45,678 nt of DNA, from the IMG/VR virus record IMGVR_UViG_3300048819_000105, positions 1 to 45,678 of that record; one strand, given 5' to 3'. The translations under genes were made by a program, and so were the position numbers. Positions 35,509-44,583 of this stretch are shown one piece after another. This DNA is from a virus. Taxonomy: Duplodnaviria; Caudoviricetes. Under the pieces are notes generated by a model. It did no database searches and was not told where the DNA came from. It was given only the letters and a program-made list of their open reading frames with translations. Every line of letters starts with the position of its first letter. The stretch's first letter is position 1.

Positions 35509-37113
35509 TCAAGGAATTGAGCCTTTATTTTTGTTGGAATGGTCGGATTTAGATTTTCCCATTTTGTCAGCCTGCGGCTCGGTGATGTCTTTCACCTCCA
35601 TTTTTAGACCAAACATATTTGTTAATTTTTGCCCTTCTTCTTCCTTCACGAAAATTCCTGACAGAGCGAGCGATTGCAAAGTTTTCGCCAGCATTGCCTG
35701 TTGGTTGGCAGACACGCCGCCACGCACAGACCGGCAACGCCCCTTGTAACCATTGATTCTCAAAATCGGCTCAAAAATCTGCTGGCTCTGCATATCGCAG
35801 AAACTCCGCTTGTCAAACAGACTCCATTCCTCGCGAACTTCACCTTGCAAGTCGGCCTGCCCGCTGCCGCCGGTTAATCCGTTACCCTTGCTGCTGCTAG
35901 ACATGGTTTGGCCGACGATGCCCTTCGTGATTTGCGAGTCGAGCATATCAATCGCCTTGATAAATCCGTCCGTCATGCTCGAAACCTGAATCTCCTTCAA
36001 TTCAATCTTCGTTCCATTTGGCACAAGTAGCGCATTTATTTTGCTCGCTTGGTCAAATGCTTTGGTGAGCAAATCGGAAACGCCTTTGTCCTTGATGTTG
36101 GCCTGTGCGACGGCGAACGGAGAGCCGTAGCGTTCCATGTTCCTCAAAAGCCAGTCAATCAGTTGCCGCTTGTAAAACCACAAAGGAATTATACCGCGCA
36201 AGACGCAGCCGAAATTTTCCCTCATGCCGGAAGTTGCCACTTGCGCCGAGTGAATCACATGATGAATTTTGTCCGGCTTGTAGCCAGTGGCGAGACTCCA
36301 ATCAATGACACCGTTTGGGAGCGTCCCGTAAAATCTCAAATCGGCGTGCCAGTCTTGAGGATTCCAGATATAAACCCCGTTCTCGTTTGTCTTGGGCGGA
36401 TTGTAGGTCGAAATGCTTGGCGGGTTATTTATAGGAACCGCGCCCGTGCCGCTGATGAAAGTGTTGCCGGGAACTTGACTTTGACCGGGAACGCCGCCAC
36501 CGCCAGCCATCCAATATGCAACTTTGTAGGTGAACAACGGCCACGGAATCGGGTGAAGTAATCGCAATCGCCATTGTGTCGGGTGACGGAACTTGTGCGA
36601 ATCCTCCGGTTCAACTGGTGCATAAACTTTTTCACAGGCTGACACCGGCCAGATATGCCCTTGCGCCAGATGCGTTGAACCTTCCCGCCAGTTGTCGCAG
36701 TTGGCAATGACGTCCTCGATAAATTCTGCTGACTTTTTATCCTCTGCATCGTCGGGGTCAATCGGTTCAATCGTTTCGCTCTGACCCATGAAGGACATGA
36801 CGCGCTGCCCAATCATCGCGGATAAGTGCGGGTCGTTTTCAATCATGTCGCGGAACAACGCGAACATATAAAAAGGTTCTCCAATTTCGGAATTTTTTAT
36901 CGCCTTCTGGATATCGTTGAGATTGACGCGATAGCCGAGTTGAGGCGGTTCACCGAGGCCGGAAAGACGGGCTTGAATCTCGGTCAGGATTTGCTTCTCC
37001 GCGTCGGCGGACATTTTATCCAGCACCGAGCGGGATTTTCGGAAGGACAGATTTGCGATTCCTAAAAGGTTCACGTTGCCAATAGCATTTACCGCAATGC
37101 ACGGAAAAGTCAA
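35509..37113 (-). CDS. Portal protein, Mu gp29/DUF935-like (exact start uncertain)
   Basis: LFRDMIENDPHLSAMIGQR, W..KR....W....ERYGSP, ITKGIVGQTMS; located after terL. Confidence 0.85.
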   Translation of the reverse strand: MTFPCIAVNAIGNVNLLGIANLSFRKSRSVLDKMSADAEKQILTEIQARLSGLGEPPQLGYRVNLNDIQKAIKNSEIGEPFYMFALFRDMIENDPHLSAMIGQRVMSFMGQSETIEPIDPDDAEDKKSAEFIEDVIANCDNWREGSTHLAQGHIWPVSACEKVYAPVEPEDSHKFRHPTQWRLRLLHPIPWPLFTYKVAYWMAGGGGVPGQSQVPGNTFISGTGAVPINNPPSISTYNPPKTNENGVYIWNPQDWHADLRFYGTLPNGVIDWSLATGYKPDKIHHVIHSAQVATSGMRENFGCVLRGIIPLWFYKRQLIDWLLRNMERYGSPFAVAQANIKDKGVSDLLTKAFDQASKINALLVPNGTKIELKEIQVSSMTDGFIKAIDMLDSQITKGIVGQTMSSSSKGNGLTGGSGQADLQGEVREEWSLFDKRSFCDMQSQQIFEPILRINGYKGRCRSVRGGVSANQQAMLAKTLQSLALSGIFVKEEEGQKLTNMFGLKMEVKDITEPQADKMGKSKSDHSNKNKGSIP

Positions 37114-37125
37114 TTGCTGATTTTC

Positions 37126-37154
37126 TTGACATAATGCCGCGACTTTGGCAATCT
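37126..37154 (+). promoter_or_regulatory. Sigma70 promoter, probably leaderless transcript
   Basis: TTGACA-N17-CAATCT with TG; ATG 7 nt downstream. Confidence 0.5.
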
Positions 37155-37161
37155 GATTTCA

Positions 37162-37377
37162 ATGAATGGGGAAACGAAAAACACTTGCGAGAATTGCAGG
37201 CATTGGGATAAAAACCCAATTCGTTCCCAAAGGCTTGAGCCGGTTGGTCATTGCTACAGAGCGGTTGGAGATTCACAGCCAAAGAACAGGGTTGATAGAA
37301 TTATTGGCGACCTTCTTGGCGCAGATTACATTGAAACCCCAAAAGGGTTCGGGTGTCTGCATTTTCAAAACAAATGA
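37162..37377 (+). CDS. Small Cys-rich protein
   Basis: TCENCRHW...GHC...FGCLHF. Confidence 0.65.
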   Translation: MNGETKNTCENCRHWDKNPIRSQRLEPVGHCYRAVGDSQPKNRVDRIIGDLLGADYIETPKGFGCLHFQNK

Positions 37378-37622
37378 AACCGCGCCATAAATTATACAAA
37401 TCTCTCCGTGAGAAAATCGGCGCGCGCAAGGAAGTGTCGAAGCTGCTTGGCATCCACGTTCGCACCCTTGAACGCCGCGAGGATGGGCAAATCAAAATCT
37501 CGGATGAAATGGTCGCGGCTTTGGAGTTTTGGTTGAGGATTGCACCCGTCCAATTAGCTGGCTCTGCCTTGGGAAAGTTATCGCCATCTGAGTTAATTAA
37601 AAAGTGGGAAAAAACTTTATGA
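37374..37622 (+). CDS. HTH regulator
   Basis: LREKIG.RKEVSKLLGIHVRTLERREDG. Confidence 0.7.
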   Translation: MKPRHKLYKSLREKIGARKEVSKLLGIHVRTLERREDGQIKISDEMVAALEFWLRIAPVQLAGSALGKLSPSELIKKWEKTL

Positions 37623-37801
37623 AATGCTCCTGCGCTGAAATCTTGACCGAACCCAAACGGCTTAAAATGAAGCTGGAATATCTGGTTTATGAATTAAGCC
37701 TTTTGATTGAATTTTATCCCGAACGAGAATCGTGCATCGCGGAAACTCAACGGTGTATTTTCATAAATTGGACAAAATATGAGGTGGCTAAAACTTTATG
37801 A
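37619..37801 (+). CDS. Hypothetical protein
   Basis: ATGA overlap; flanked by a 17-bp direct repeat. Confidence 0.5.
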   Translation: MKCSCAEILTEPKRLKMKLEYLVYELSLLIEFYPERESCIAETQRCIFINWTKYEVAKTL

Positions 37802-37819
37802 AATGCGAACTGTCTGGAA

Positions 37820-39418
37820 TCATCCACGACCAGCCAAATCCGCCGCCTCTGCCTCCGCGATAAGCCTGTCCGTGTCGTTGTAGCCGATTTCATGGACTGG
37901 CGCGCTTAATCCTTTCCAGCCGCTAAAGTTTATTGGCTTGGCATTTTTAAGACAGGATGATTCAGACATTACCAGCCCGTTTCTGGCGGCCTCCAACGCA
38001 TCGTCGCCACCTTCATCAGTTTCAGGGTCGGCGTTCATCTTGATAATGTCGCCAGCTTTTTTCGGGTCAACCTGCGCCACTGGAATTTGCGCTATCAAAT
38101 TTTCGCATGATTTGTGAATAAACCAAGTCGGCCTCATGCCCCTTGAAATGTCGCCAAGCCGCTCCTGCATCGTTGACCATGCGTTCACGCGGTCAATGTC
38201 GACGCGGGTTAAAATTATTCCGTTATCCCGATATTGTGTTGCAATCGTCGAGCCATCACTTTCCGTCTTAAAGCAGTCCCCGCCAGCCGCGATATATTCC
38301 AAGTCTGCAATTTCAAGATTCCTCAACCGTAAAATGTCCCGTATGTTTTCGGCGTGTTCGGCTACAAGCGTGTTTGATTTGTGATATTCGTCGGTCGTGT
38401 AAATGTCCCCGTCCACCGTTTCGCAATGAAGGTAAAAACAATTTGGATGCTTGAACCCGTAATCCATCGAGCCAAACCACCTAACCCCCTTCGTCACGTC
38501 AAAATTTATCTGCTCATTGGGGAATACGTGCGTTGCGATGCTCCAATTTGTAAAAAATGCTCCGGCCTGAAAATCTGGATTTCCCTCATACCAAGAAGTG
38601 AATTTCCACCCGACGTAAGATTTTAACTTGTTGACGTATTCGGGATTGTTGTGCCGGTTATCATGGACGGTCGCCAGAATGTATCGCGTCTCGATTTCCG
38701 ATTTGTTTTTCCACGGCTCGTAAAACATGGACTTGACCCACTGATGACCAATGCCCCCCCAGTTCCACGCCGCATAGATTCGGGGACGCCAGCCTTTTTT
38801 TGAAGTGCGAAGGCAGGAATTCAGGTCGTCAAACTTCTCAAACGTGAGCGTGGTCAATTCTTCGTAGGCAATCCCGTCATATTCCTGACCAAGATAATTT
38901 TCGATTTCAGACGCATCTTTGAAATGGCCGATGATGATGATTGATCCTGATTCGGTAAATTTTATTTCCCCTGCCTGTTCCCGATACTCGTAACCGCCGC
39001 GTGGCATTGTCGCCTTCAATAAATCCCGAATCTGCTGGCGCAGTGATTTTCCAGATTTCCTGACGTAAAGGAATTTCAGGCCTGGAAACCTAACGCAATC
39101 ATCCACCATGACCTGTGCGGACATCCATCGGCTTTTTCCACCGCCACGCGCACCACCCACCCCAACGGCAGTAGCACCACAATCTTTGCAGCGCAAGGGG
39201 ATTTCCTGTCCCAACTGATAAAGCGATTCACATGAGGCGCATCGAATGTCGCAACTTCTGGCCGCCGCAGCCATTTCCATCTGCTTCGGCTGCAACACCA
39301 CGCCAGCCCTGAAAAAATTAACCATCTGGTCGGGCGGGCATCCGTATTTGTCGCCCTCGGCGATGTAGTCGAACAACGCCTGCTCGATTGGCGTCAGCTT
39401 TTTTGTTTTGGCGGGCAT
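37820..39418 (-). CDS. terL: Terminase large subunit
   Basis: PKQ, Walker A GGARGGGKS, Walker B IAYEE, nuclease DYG and DDALEA. Confidence 0.93.
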   Translation of the reverse strand: MPAKTKKLTPIEQALFDYIAEGDKYGCPPDQMVNFFRAGVVLQPKQMEMAAAARSCDIRCASCESLYQLGQEIPLRCKDCGATAVGVGGARGGGKSRWMSAQVMVDDCVRFPGLKFLYVRKSGKSLRQQIRDLLKATMPRGGYEYREQAGEIKFTESGSIIIIGHFKDASEIENYLGQEYDGIAYEELTTLTFEKFDDLNSCLRTSKKGWRPRIYAAWNWGGIGHQWVKSMFYEPWKNKSEIETRYILATVHDNRHNNPEYVNKLKSYVGWKFTSWYEGNPDFQAGAFFTNWSIATHVFPNEQINFDVTKGVRWFGSMDYGFKHPNCFYLHCETVDGDIYTTDEYHKSNTLVAEHAENIRDILRLRNLEIADLEYIAAGGDCFKTESDGSTIATQYRDNGIILTRVDIDRVNAWSTMQERLGDISRGMRPTWFIHKSCENLIAQIPVAQVDPKKAGDIIKMNADPETDEGGDDALEAARNGLVMSESSCLKNAKPINFSGWKGLSAPVHEIGYNDTDRLIAEAEAADLAGRG

Positions 39419-39603
39419 AAGGATTCGCGGGCGTCGTCAAGCTGGATGTTGAAAATTTCCACCAGCGTCAAAACCTGCGGACTGAACACCACCGGCACCT
39501 TCTTCCTTTTAAGCACGACCTGATTGCCTTGCAGGATGCTTTTGACATCCTCCTCGAACCTGATTCGCTCAAGCTCCTGGATGGTCAGCCATTTGATTGA
39601 CAT
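39394..39603 (-). CDS. Hypothetical protein
   Basis: Overlaps the terL start. Confidence 0.5.
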   Translation of the reverse strand: MSIKWLTIQELERIRFEEDVKSILQGNQVVLKRKKVPVVFSPQVLTLVEIFNIQLDDARESLCPPKQKS

Positions 39604-39655
39604 GAGCCGTTAATACCGAACGGCCAAAAAATTTTCAAGGACTGATTTCCAAAAA

Positions 39656-39859
39656 CTAATCCTGCCAGAAGGTTTTCTTGACCCAGTTCCAAAAACCAAC
39701 AGGCTTGGGAGCGTCAACCTTGACGATAACGGGGGCTGACGTGTGAATCACGGGAACAGGCTCAACCTTCGCCGGATGAACTGACATGACGTGAGGAGCG
39801 GGTGCGGCGGTTAGGCTTCGCTTTTGACCGCGATATTTTTTACGGCTGTGACTGCTCAT
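39656..39859 (-). CDS. Hypothetical protein
   Basis: AAGG upstream of ATG 39859. Confidence 0.45.
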   Translation of the reverse strand: MSSHSRKKYRGQKRSLTAAPAPHVMSVHPAKVEPVPVIHTSAPVIVKVDAPKPVGFWNWVKKTFWQD

Positions 39860-40163
39860 GCGACCAACCTTAATCCCATTCCAGATTATTGTCGAGTGGG
39901 GTGTTTCACTGATACGCGACTTGAAAATTATTTTTGGGAACACCTTTCAAAAAGACCGGCAATAGCGGGGACAAAATGCATGTGGTGAGATGTTTACCCA
40001 ACATCGGGCGCATGGCCATATTTCTTTTCACTTGTGACGCAATGAATAATAGTTCGTTTCCATACGAACCATTTAATTGACCTGATTTACATTCAAAAGC
40101 ATTTAACCATTAACATCTTACAACAATCACCGAAACATTGTGCATCACTGTCCACAAATGGCA

Positions 40164-40730
40164 CTACTTTTGTTCAATGTTATCAATGGTTTTAGGAGCA
40201 TCCAACAGCTTGTCCTCGCGGGGATTAGTTATACTGCCAACCTGTCTCTGCTTGCTCTGATTGAACAAGGCAATGACCCTGGCCGCCACGTCGTCGCCCA
40301 TGATGACGTTGGTTTGATTGGTTGGCTGCTGGCGATCACCGAGACGCTCTGGAGCCAGCACACGCTCCGCAAGCCAGGCCTTTGCCCGCCAGTCGCCGGT
40401 CTTGGTGTAGGTCTTGCCATTGGGCAGGTTGATCTCGCGCTCGTCCCCGGCGTTCCTGATGGCCTTTATGCAGCCGTGTAGCTTGTTCCCGCGCAGGCGC
40501 GTAAGTAATGCGTCAAATTGCGGCTTGTGCTTTGCCCTCTCTTTAAATCGAAACCATTGCCTTACGTTTGAAATGCCAATGTTTAAGCAGGCTTCCGTCT
40601 CCGTCAGGCTGTCAGTTACCAAATCAGCTATTGCTTCGGCGTCCTGCCAAGTTATGCGTCTTGCTCTTGATTTAGTGGCTAAAACTTCGTCCATTTGTTC
40701 AAATTGGCATTGAAACCGCTTATTGTCCAT
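40164..40730 (-). CDS. terS: Putative terminase small subunit
   Basis: HTH-like N-half (EACLNIGI...W), DWRAKAWLAER motif, upstream of terL. Confidence 0.7.
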   Translation of the reverse strand: MDNKRFQCQFEQMDEVLATKSRARRITWQDAEAIADLVTDSLTETEACLNIGISNVRQWFRFKERAKHKPQFDALLTRLRGNKLHGCIKAIRNAGDEREINLPNGKTYTKTGDWRAKAWLAERVLAPERLGDRQQPTNQTNVIMGDDVAARVIALFNQSKQRQVGSITNPREDKLLDAPKTIDNIEQK

Positions 40731-41133
40731 CTATGAATGAGAAAAACTTGCGAGAATTGTTTCGGGACTTGGATTTGCTTGAGCAGGATTACAAGTCACT
40801 TGACTGGCCGCTGGATGAGATTAGGACGGTGAAGATGGATGTTTGGACACGGCTTGCAAGCGGAAAGTTTGGGGTGATTGGATTTAGACAGAGTTCGCCC
40901 TTAATTGTTGGTGGCTTGGCGTTTGTCGGAGAGCTTCCGCGTCAAGTGTTGCTCGGCTGTCAGGCTCGGCAAACTGGTGATCTGCCGGTGCGGGCAACTG
41001 TGATTTGTTCGGCCTGTCCAATCGCGGGCGATGTTCGGAGTTCGGGATTGCCCGTTCCTAGCTTGTGACACGACAAGCGGCGTTGCTGGTGAGCGTGAAC
41101 AGTGTCGGACTGTTGGCCGTGCGATTGGAGTTC

Positions 41134-41167
41134 AAACAAAAAAGCTCGCCAGCGTGAGCCAGCGAGC
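41134..41167 (-). terminator. Intrinsic terminator
   Basis: GCTCGCTGGC-TCAC-GCTGGCGAGC-TTTTTTGTTT on the - strand. Confidence 0.65.
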
Positions 41168-41362
41168 CAGTTGAATGAATTACAGCCGCGTTGCCGGACA
41201 CTTGCCCGACAAATCCTAAATTGAGTCTGACTGTAATTATCATTCAAGGCAATCAATCTCACGTCCTGCCGCTCCTGTCAAATAAATCTTTCAAAATTCG
41301 CTTGACCGCTTCCGATTATTCTGCGATTGTCTCTGTGTCAGCGGCAATAACGCCATGATAAA

Positions 41363-41611
41363 ATGTCTAAAACAACGTCTATGAAAATAAGCCCAAATGA
41401 TATTCTTCCCAATGGAACAGCCGTAAAGGTTCAATCCAAACTTGGAAATGTGGTATCTTGTGAAATAAAGCGAGACCAGTTTGGAATCCCAATTTCAGTT
41501 CACACCGTCCAGTTCACACAACGCTTTAGCCATAAAACGGCGGGTCTGGCGATTTACAAGCCGATGAACGAAACCAGAACGGTGAACTACTCGTTTATTG
41601 AAACGATATGA
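41363..41611 (+). CDS. Hypothetical protein
   Basis: First ORF of the + strand arm. Confidence 0.6.
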   Translation: MSKTTSMKISPNDILPNGTAVKVQSKLGNVVSCEIKRDQFGIPISVHTVQFTQRFSHKTAGLAIYKPMNETRTVNYSFIETI

Positions 41612-41904
41612 ACACGCCAGCAATTGACCCTTGGGAGGTGGAAGATTTTCTGCAATCTTTTCACGCATCAAACGGACATCGTGTTTTCCATAAGATGACA
41701 GACGAAACGATTTCCGCGCACGCTGACAGCTTCGGCACAATTTTGAGTTTTTCGGCATTTGACGAAGCATTTGCAAAGGCTCAATACTCAAAGGGGCAAT
41801 GGCTCGAATGTTGCCGATATTGGCTGAAAAATGATTGCGCTGGCGTTCCACTGAAAATCATAGCCAATATGCTTACAAGGACTTTATCCGAGACGGTTAT
41901 TTAG
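41608..41904 (+). CDS. Hypothetical protein
   Basis: ATGA overlap; terminator follows. Confidence 0.6.
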   Translation: MNTPAIDPWEVEDFLQSFHASNGHRVFHKMTDETISAHADSFGTILSFSAFDEAFAKAQYSKGQWLECCRYWLKNDCAGVPLKIIANMLTRTLSETVI

Positions 41905-41927
41905 ACGTTTCCGGCTCGGTTAGAACT

Positions 41928-41957
41928 AACCCGCTGTCTCACGATGGCGGGTTTTTT
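41928..41957 (+). terminator. Intrinsic terminator
   Basis: AACCCGCTGTC-TCAC-GATGGCGGGTT followed by a T-run. Confidence 0.75.
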
Positions 41958-41989
41958 CTTCCATCCCCATCTTGATCCGAAAGTGTGAA

Positions 41990-42421
41990 TCAAAAGCCGT
42001 AATCAATCTCTGGCATGGCAAACCCCGCGCTCTTTAGCCGGTTGCGAAGATTGTTTGCGGCGGCGCGGCTAGAGCCACGAATTGCGGCAATTTCACGGTC
42101 TGTTTTAGTCCAGTCCAGTTTGAATGATTCAATCAGATAGCCGTCGTTTATTGAGTCGCACGGCGCACCACCAAACCAGCGGCTTTCCGTCGCCTGACCC
42201 TGGCGCTTGTATGCGTTGCCGATTTGATTTTCAAGGCGGTGAATATGTTCGCCGATTGTTTCCCTGATAATTCTGAATTTGAGCTTTCGGCGGTAAAATT
42301 TGCCCTTGCGGTTGCGAAGGTGATAACGCTCGCGCTTGGCCGGATTTACGGTCTGGCCGATATAGACGCAAACTCCTTTGGAATTGAACAATCCATAGAT
42401 GAAACATTCTCTGCGATTCAT
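41990..42421 (-). CDS. GIY-YIG nuclease-like protein with C-terminal HTH
   Basis: FIYGL...VYIGQT....R...H...E, then DWTKTDREIAAIRGSSR. Confidence 0.7.
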   Translation of the reverse strand: MNRRECFIYGLFNSKGVCVYIGQTVNPAKRERYHLRNRKGKFYRRKLKFRIIRETIGEHIHRLENQIGNAYKRQGQATESRWFGGAPCDSINDGYLIESFKLDWTKTDREIAAIRGSSRAAANNLRNRLKSAGFAMPEIDYGF

Positions 42422-42423
42422 GC

Positions 42424-42452
42424 TTGACAATATACCAAGCCGTTGCTAATGT
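42424..42452 (+). promoter_or_regulatory. Sigma70 promoter with shared 18-bp motif (copy 1)
   Basis: TTGACA-N17-TAATGT with extended TG; contains TATACCAAGCCGTTGCTA. Confidence 0.75.
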
Positions 42453-42477
42453 CAATGAAGTTAGGCGAATTAAAATT

Positions 42478-42708
42478 ATGAAAACAATAAATCCATCTGT
42501 AACAGTTGAAGGTAAAACAATCCGATTTGGAAAAGATTTTGTGGATGCGCTAACTGGATTCATTAAGTCCAAGGGCACGGTTGAAATGTCTGGCGTCCAG
42601 TATCTTTGGGTTTCAACTTTTAGCGCGGCTGATACTGACTCTTTCATGTATCGGCTGGCGGAATCTGAAAACAAGCGCGTAACCGGCATGATGTCGCAGG
42701 CGATATGA
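42478..42708 (+). CDS. Hypothetical protein
   Basis: ATG 42478 downstream of the promoter. Confidence 0.6.
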   Translation: MKTINPSVTVEGKTIRFGKDFVDALTGFIKSKGTVEMSGVQYLWVSTFSAADTDSFMYRLAESENKRVTGMMSQAI

Positions 42709-42956
42709 GCGCAATCCAAAGACACCGGCTAGTAACGGAGGCGGGCTGCTATCGCAACTGGCGTCCATTGGCGGGCAGCGACGGCCATTATTGGAGCTTT
42801 CTGCGTTGGGAATATATGAGCAAGGAACATGGAATCAGGGCGGACGAAGCTGATGCTGCTTGGCTGATGTTCCTGAATCGCCACGGCGAAACATACCCGA
42901 ACGGAAACTGGCGCGAAAAGGAGCTTCAATACGAGCTAAAACTAACAACTAAATAA
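42705..42956 (+). CDS. Hypothetical protein
   Basis: ATGA overlap. Confidence 0.6.
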   Translation: MSAIQRHRLVTEAGCYRNWRPLAGSDGHYWSFLRWEYMSKEHGIRADEADAAWLMFLNRHGETYPNGNWREKELQYELKLTTK

Positions 42957-42960
42957 CTTT

Positions 42961-43164
42961 ATGGACTACTGCCATTGTGCCGAACCCGCGCCGGAAACGG
43001 TCAACGGAAATGTTATATGCTTGAATTGCCGCTGGCTGTATGAAGAACAGCTTTACAATCGTGATTCACGCGTCCAGCACGCTAAACAAGAAGCGCGGAG
43101 ATTCACCAAAGAGCAGCAAGACATTGTGGACACGATAATGCGCGAATCAGACACCCAAGATTAA
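42961..43164 (+). CDS. Small Cys-containing protein
   Basis: CHC...CLNC. Confidence 0.55.
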   Translation: MDYCHCAEPAPETVNGNVICLNCRWLYEEQLYNRDSRVQHAKQEARRFTKEQQDIVDTIMRESDTQD

Positions 43165-43168
43165 CTTT

Positions 43169-43378
43169 ATGGAAAAATCAGAAATAAGCGCATCGTGGGA
43201 CGTTTCGTTGGACTGCGATTGCCCAAAGTGCGGAAAATATGTGAACCTGCTCGACGCGCCTGATTTTTGGGACGGTCGAACACTCGACATTCCAGAACAC
43301 GGAACGGAAAACAGTGATAACCTCGAAGTGCAATGTCCTGAATGCGGCCATGATTTCAAAGTGTGCTGCGAATGGTAA
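43169..43378 (+). CDS. Zn-ribbon protein
   Basis: CPKC...CPEC. Confidence 0.7.
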   Translation: MEKSEISASWDVSLDCDCPKCGKYVNLLDAPDFWDGRTLDIPEHGTENSDNLEVQCPECGHDFKVCCEW

Positions 43379-43388
43379 ATTTTAATTT

Positions 43389-43535
43389 ATGGCAAAAACC
43401 AAACTAACAAAAGCGCAAAGGGAAACGCTTGGTGTGATCGGCAGCATCGGTGGAAGCAAAAAATCCGCCGCTAAAACCGCTGCCGCCAAGCGCAACATCG
43501 CGAAACGTTGGGCGAATAACTCTAAAACACCTTGA
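43389..43535 (+). CDS. Small basic putative DNA-binding protein (48 aa)
   Basis: Hand translation: MAKTKLTKAQRETLGVIGSIGGSKKSAAKTAAAKRNIAKRWANNSKTP. Confidence 0.6.
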   Translation: MAKTKLTKAQRETLGVIGSIGGSKKSAAKTAAAKRNIAKRWANNSKTP

Positions 43536-43566
43536 AAACATTGGTGAAAATAGATAAAGAAATATC

Positions 43567-43595
43567 TTGTGCTTATACCAAGCGGTTGCTATATT
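43567..43595 (+). promoter_or_regulatory. Sigma70 promoter with shared 18-bp motif (copy 2)
   Basis: TTGTGC-N17-TATATT with extended TG; contains TATACCAAGCGGTTGCTA. Confidence 0.7.
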
Positions 43596-43638
43596 AATCC
43601 CAGTTCAGCAACAAAAACACAGTCAACAGATTGAAAAT

Positions 43639-43806
43639 ATGATTAAGACATTTGAAACAAAGCATGGCAAAACGACGGTGGAGAATATCAACGGCAAAAT
43701 CTTCATTTGTGACAAATTCGGCTCAATCGGAGTTAGCTATTTGCTCGGATGGACTTTTGAAACAGCTTGCGAAAAAGTAGCCGCCGGACTGTGGAGAAAC
43801 CTTTAA
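43639..43806 (+). CDS. Hypothetical protein
   Basis: ATG 43639 downstream of the promoter. Confidence 0.55.
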   Translation: MIKTFETKHGKTTVENINGKIFICDKFGSIGVSYLLGWTFETACEKVAAGLWRNL

Positions 43807-43857
43807 CCTAACCCCCTCTGGCAATTCCGCCAGCGATAAATAAAAAGGCTAGAAAAT

Positions 43858-44055
43858 ATGAAATCTTATCAAATGACGGCAGTAACAAGACCGTGGAATG
43901 AAGGCGTGAAAACCACTTTTCTAATTGACGGAAAGCGCGTGTCAAATGCTCGCTATGGAGCTATAAATTGTGCGGCAACTCGCAAGGATACTTTCATGAC
44001 GACAACGGGCAAGGATGGGGCGATCCGCCAACATCACTTTGCTTATTTTCTTTAA
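43858..44055 (+). CDS. Hypothetical protein
   Basis: AAGG upstream. Confidence 0.6.
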   Translation: MKSYQMTAVTRPWNEGVKTTFLIDGKRVSNARYGAINCAATRKDTFMTTTGKDGAIRQHHFAYFL

Positions 44056-44105
44056 CCCCCAACCATTAACCAAAAATTCTGGGATTAACCAGAGGAAAGA
44101 ATAAA

Positions 44106-44552
44106 ATGAAAAAAGAAAACATCATTGCAGCAATTCGTAAATTCATCGGTCAGCGTTCGGGTATATCGTTCGCTGATTATCAGAGCGGAGACTGGAAAGC
44201 CAGCCGCGAAGCGTTTAACGGCGATTACCGGCCAATGCTACGCGCTGGGCAGGATGCTCGCGTTTTGCTCGCGGCGGTCAGCGGGCGCGACGGGATAGCG
44301 GCGGAAGGCATTGTGGCAGCTTGCCGTGCGTTCGCCGGACGTTTGCAGCTTGTCGAACGTGACGGCGCGGTTGCCGTGGATTACACGACCGGCCAATACT
44401 TTCCGACAGAATACCGCAAGGCGGCTTGCGCGGTCTTGGCTTCGGCTCTGTGGGATTACGCACGGGAGCAAGGATACGCGACGGGCAACGAAATCCGTAA
44501 ATGGGCGCGGCAAGAGTTTGGGCGTGGTATTGCCTCACGCTGGTTTAACTAA
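44106..44552 (+). CDS. Hypothetical protein
   Basis: GAGG SD; Y..GQYFPTEYR.A motif. Confidence 0.7.
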   Translation: MKKENIIAAIRKFIGQRSGISFADYQSGDWKASREAFNGDYRPMLRAGQDARVLLAAVSGRDGIAAEGIVAACRAFAGRLQLVERDGAVAVDYTTGQYFPTEYRKAACAVLASALWDYAREQGYATGNEIRKWARQEFGRGIASRWFN

Positions 44553-44583
44553 ACCCCGATAAAGCTGATACTGAAATAAGAAT

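Noticed and set aside
36355-36390. Gapped match of tract A to portal NENGVYIWNPQ
   Set aside because: Only 13/22 nt and 3 perfect dinucleotides, which is expected by chance.
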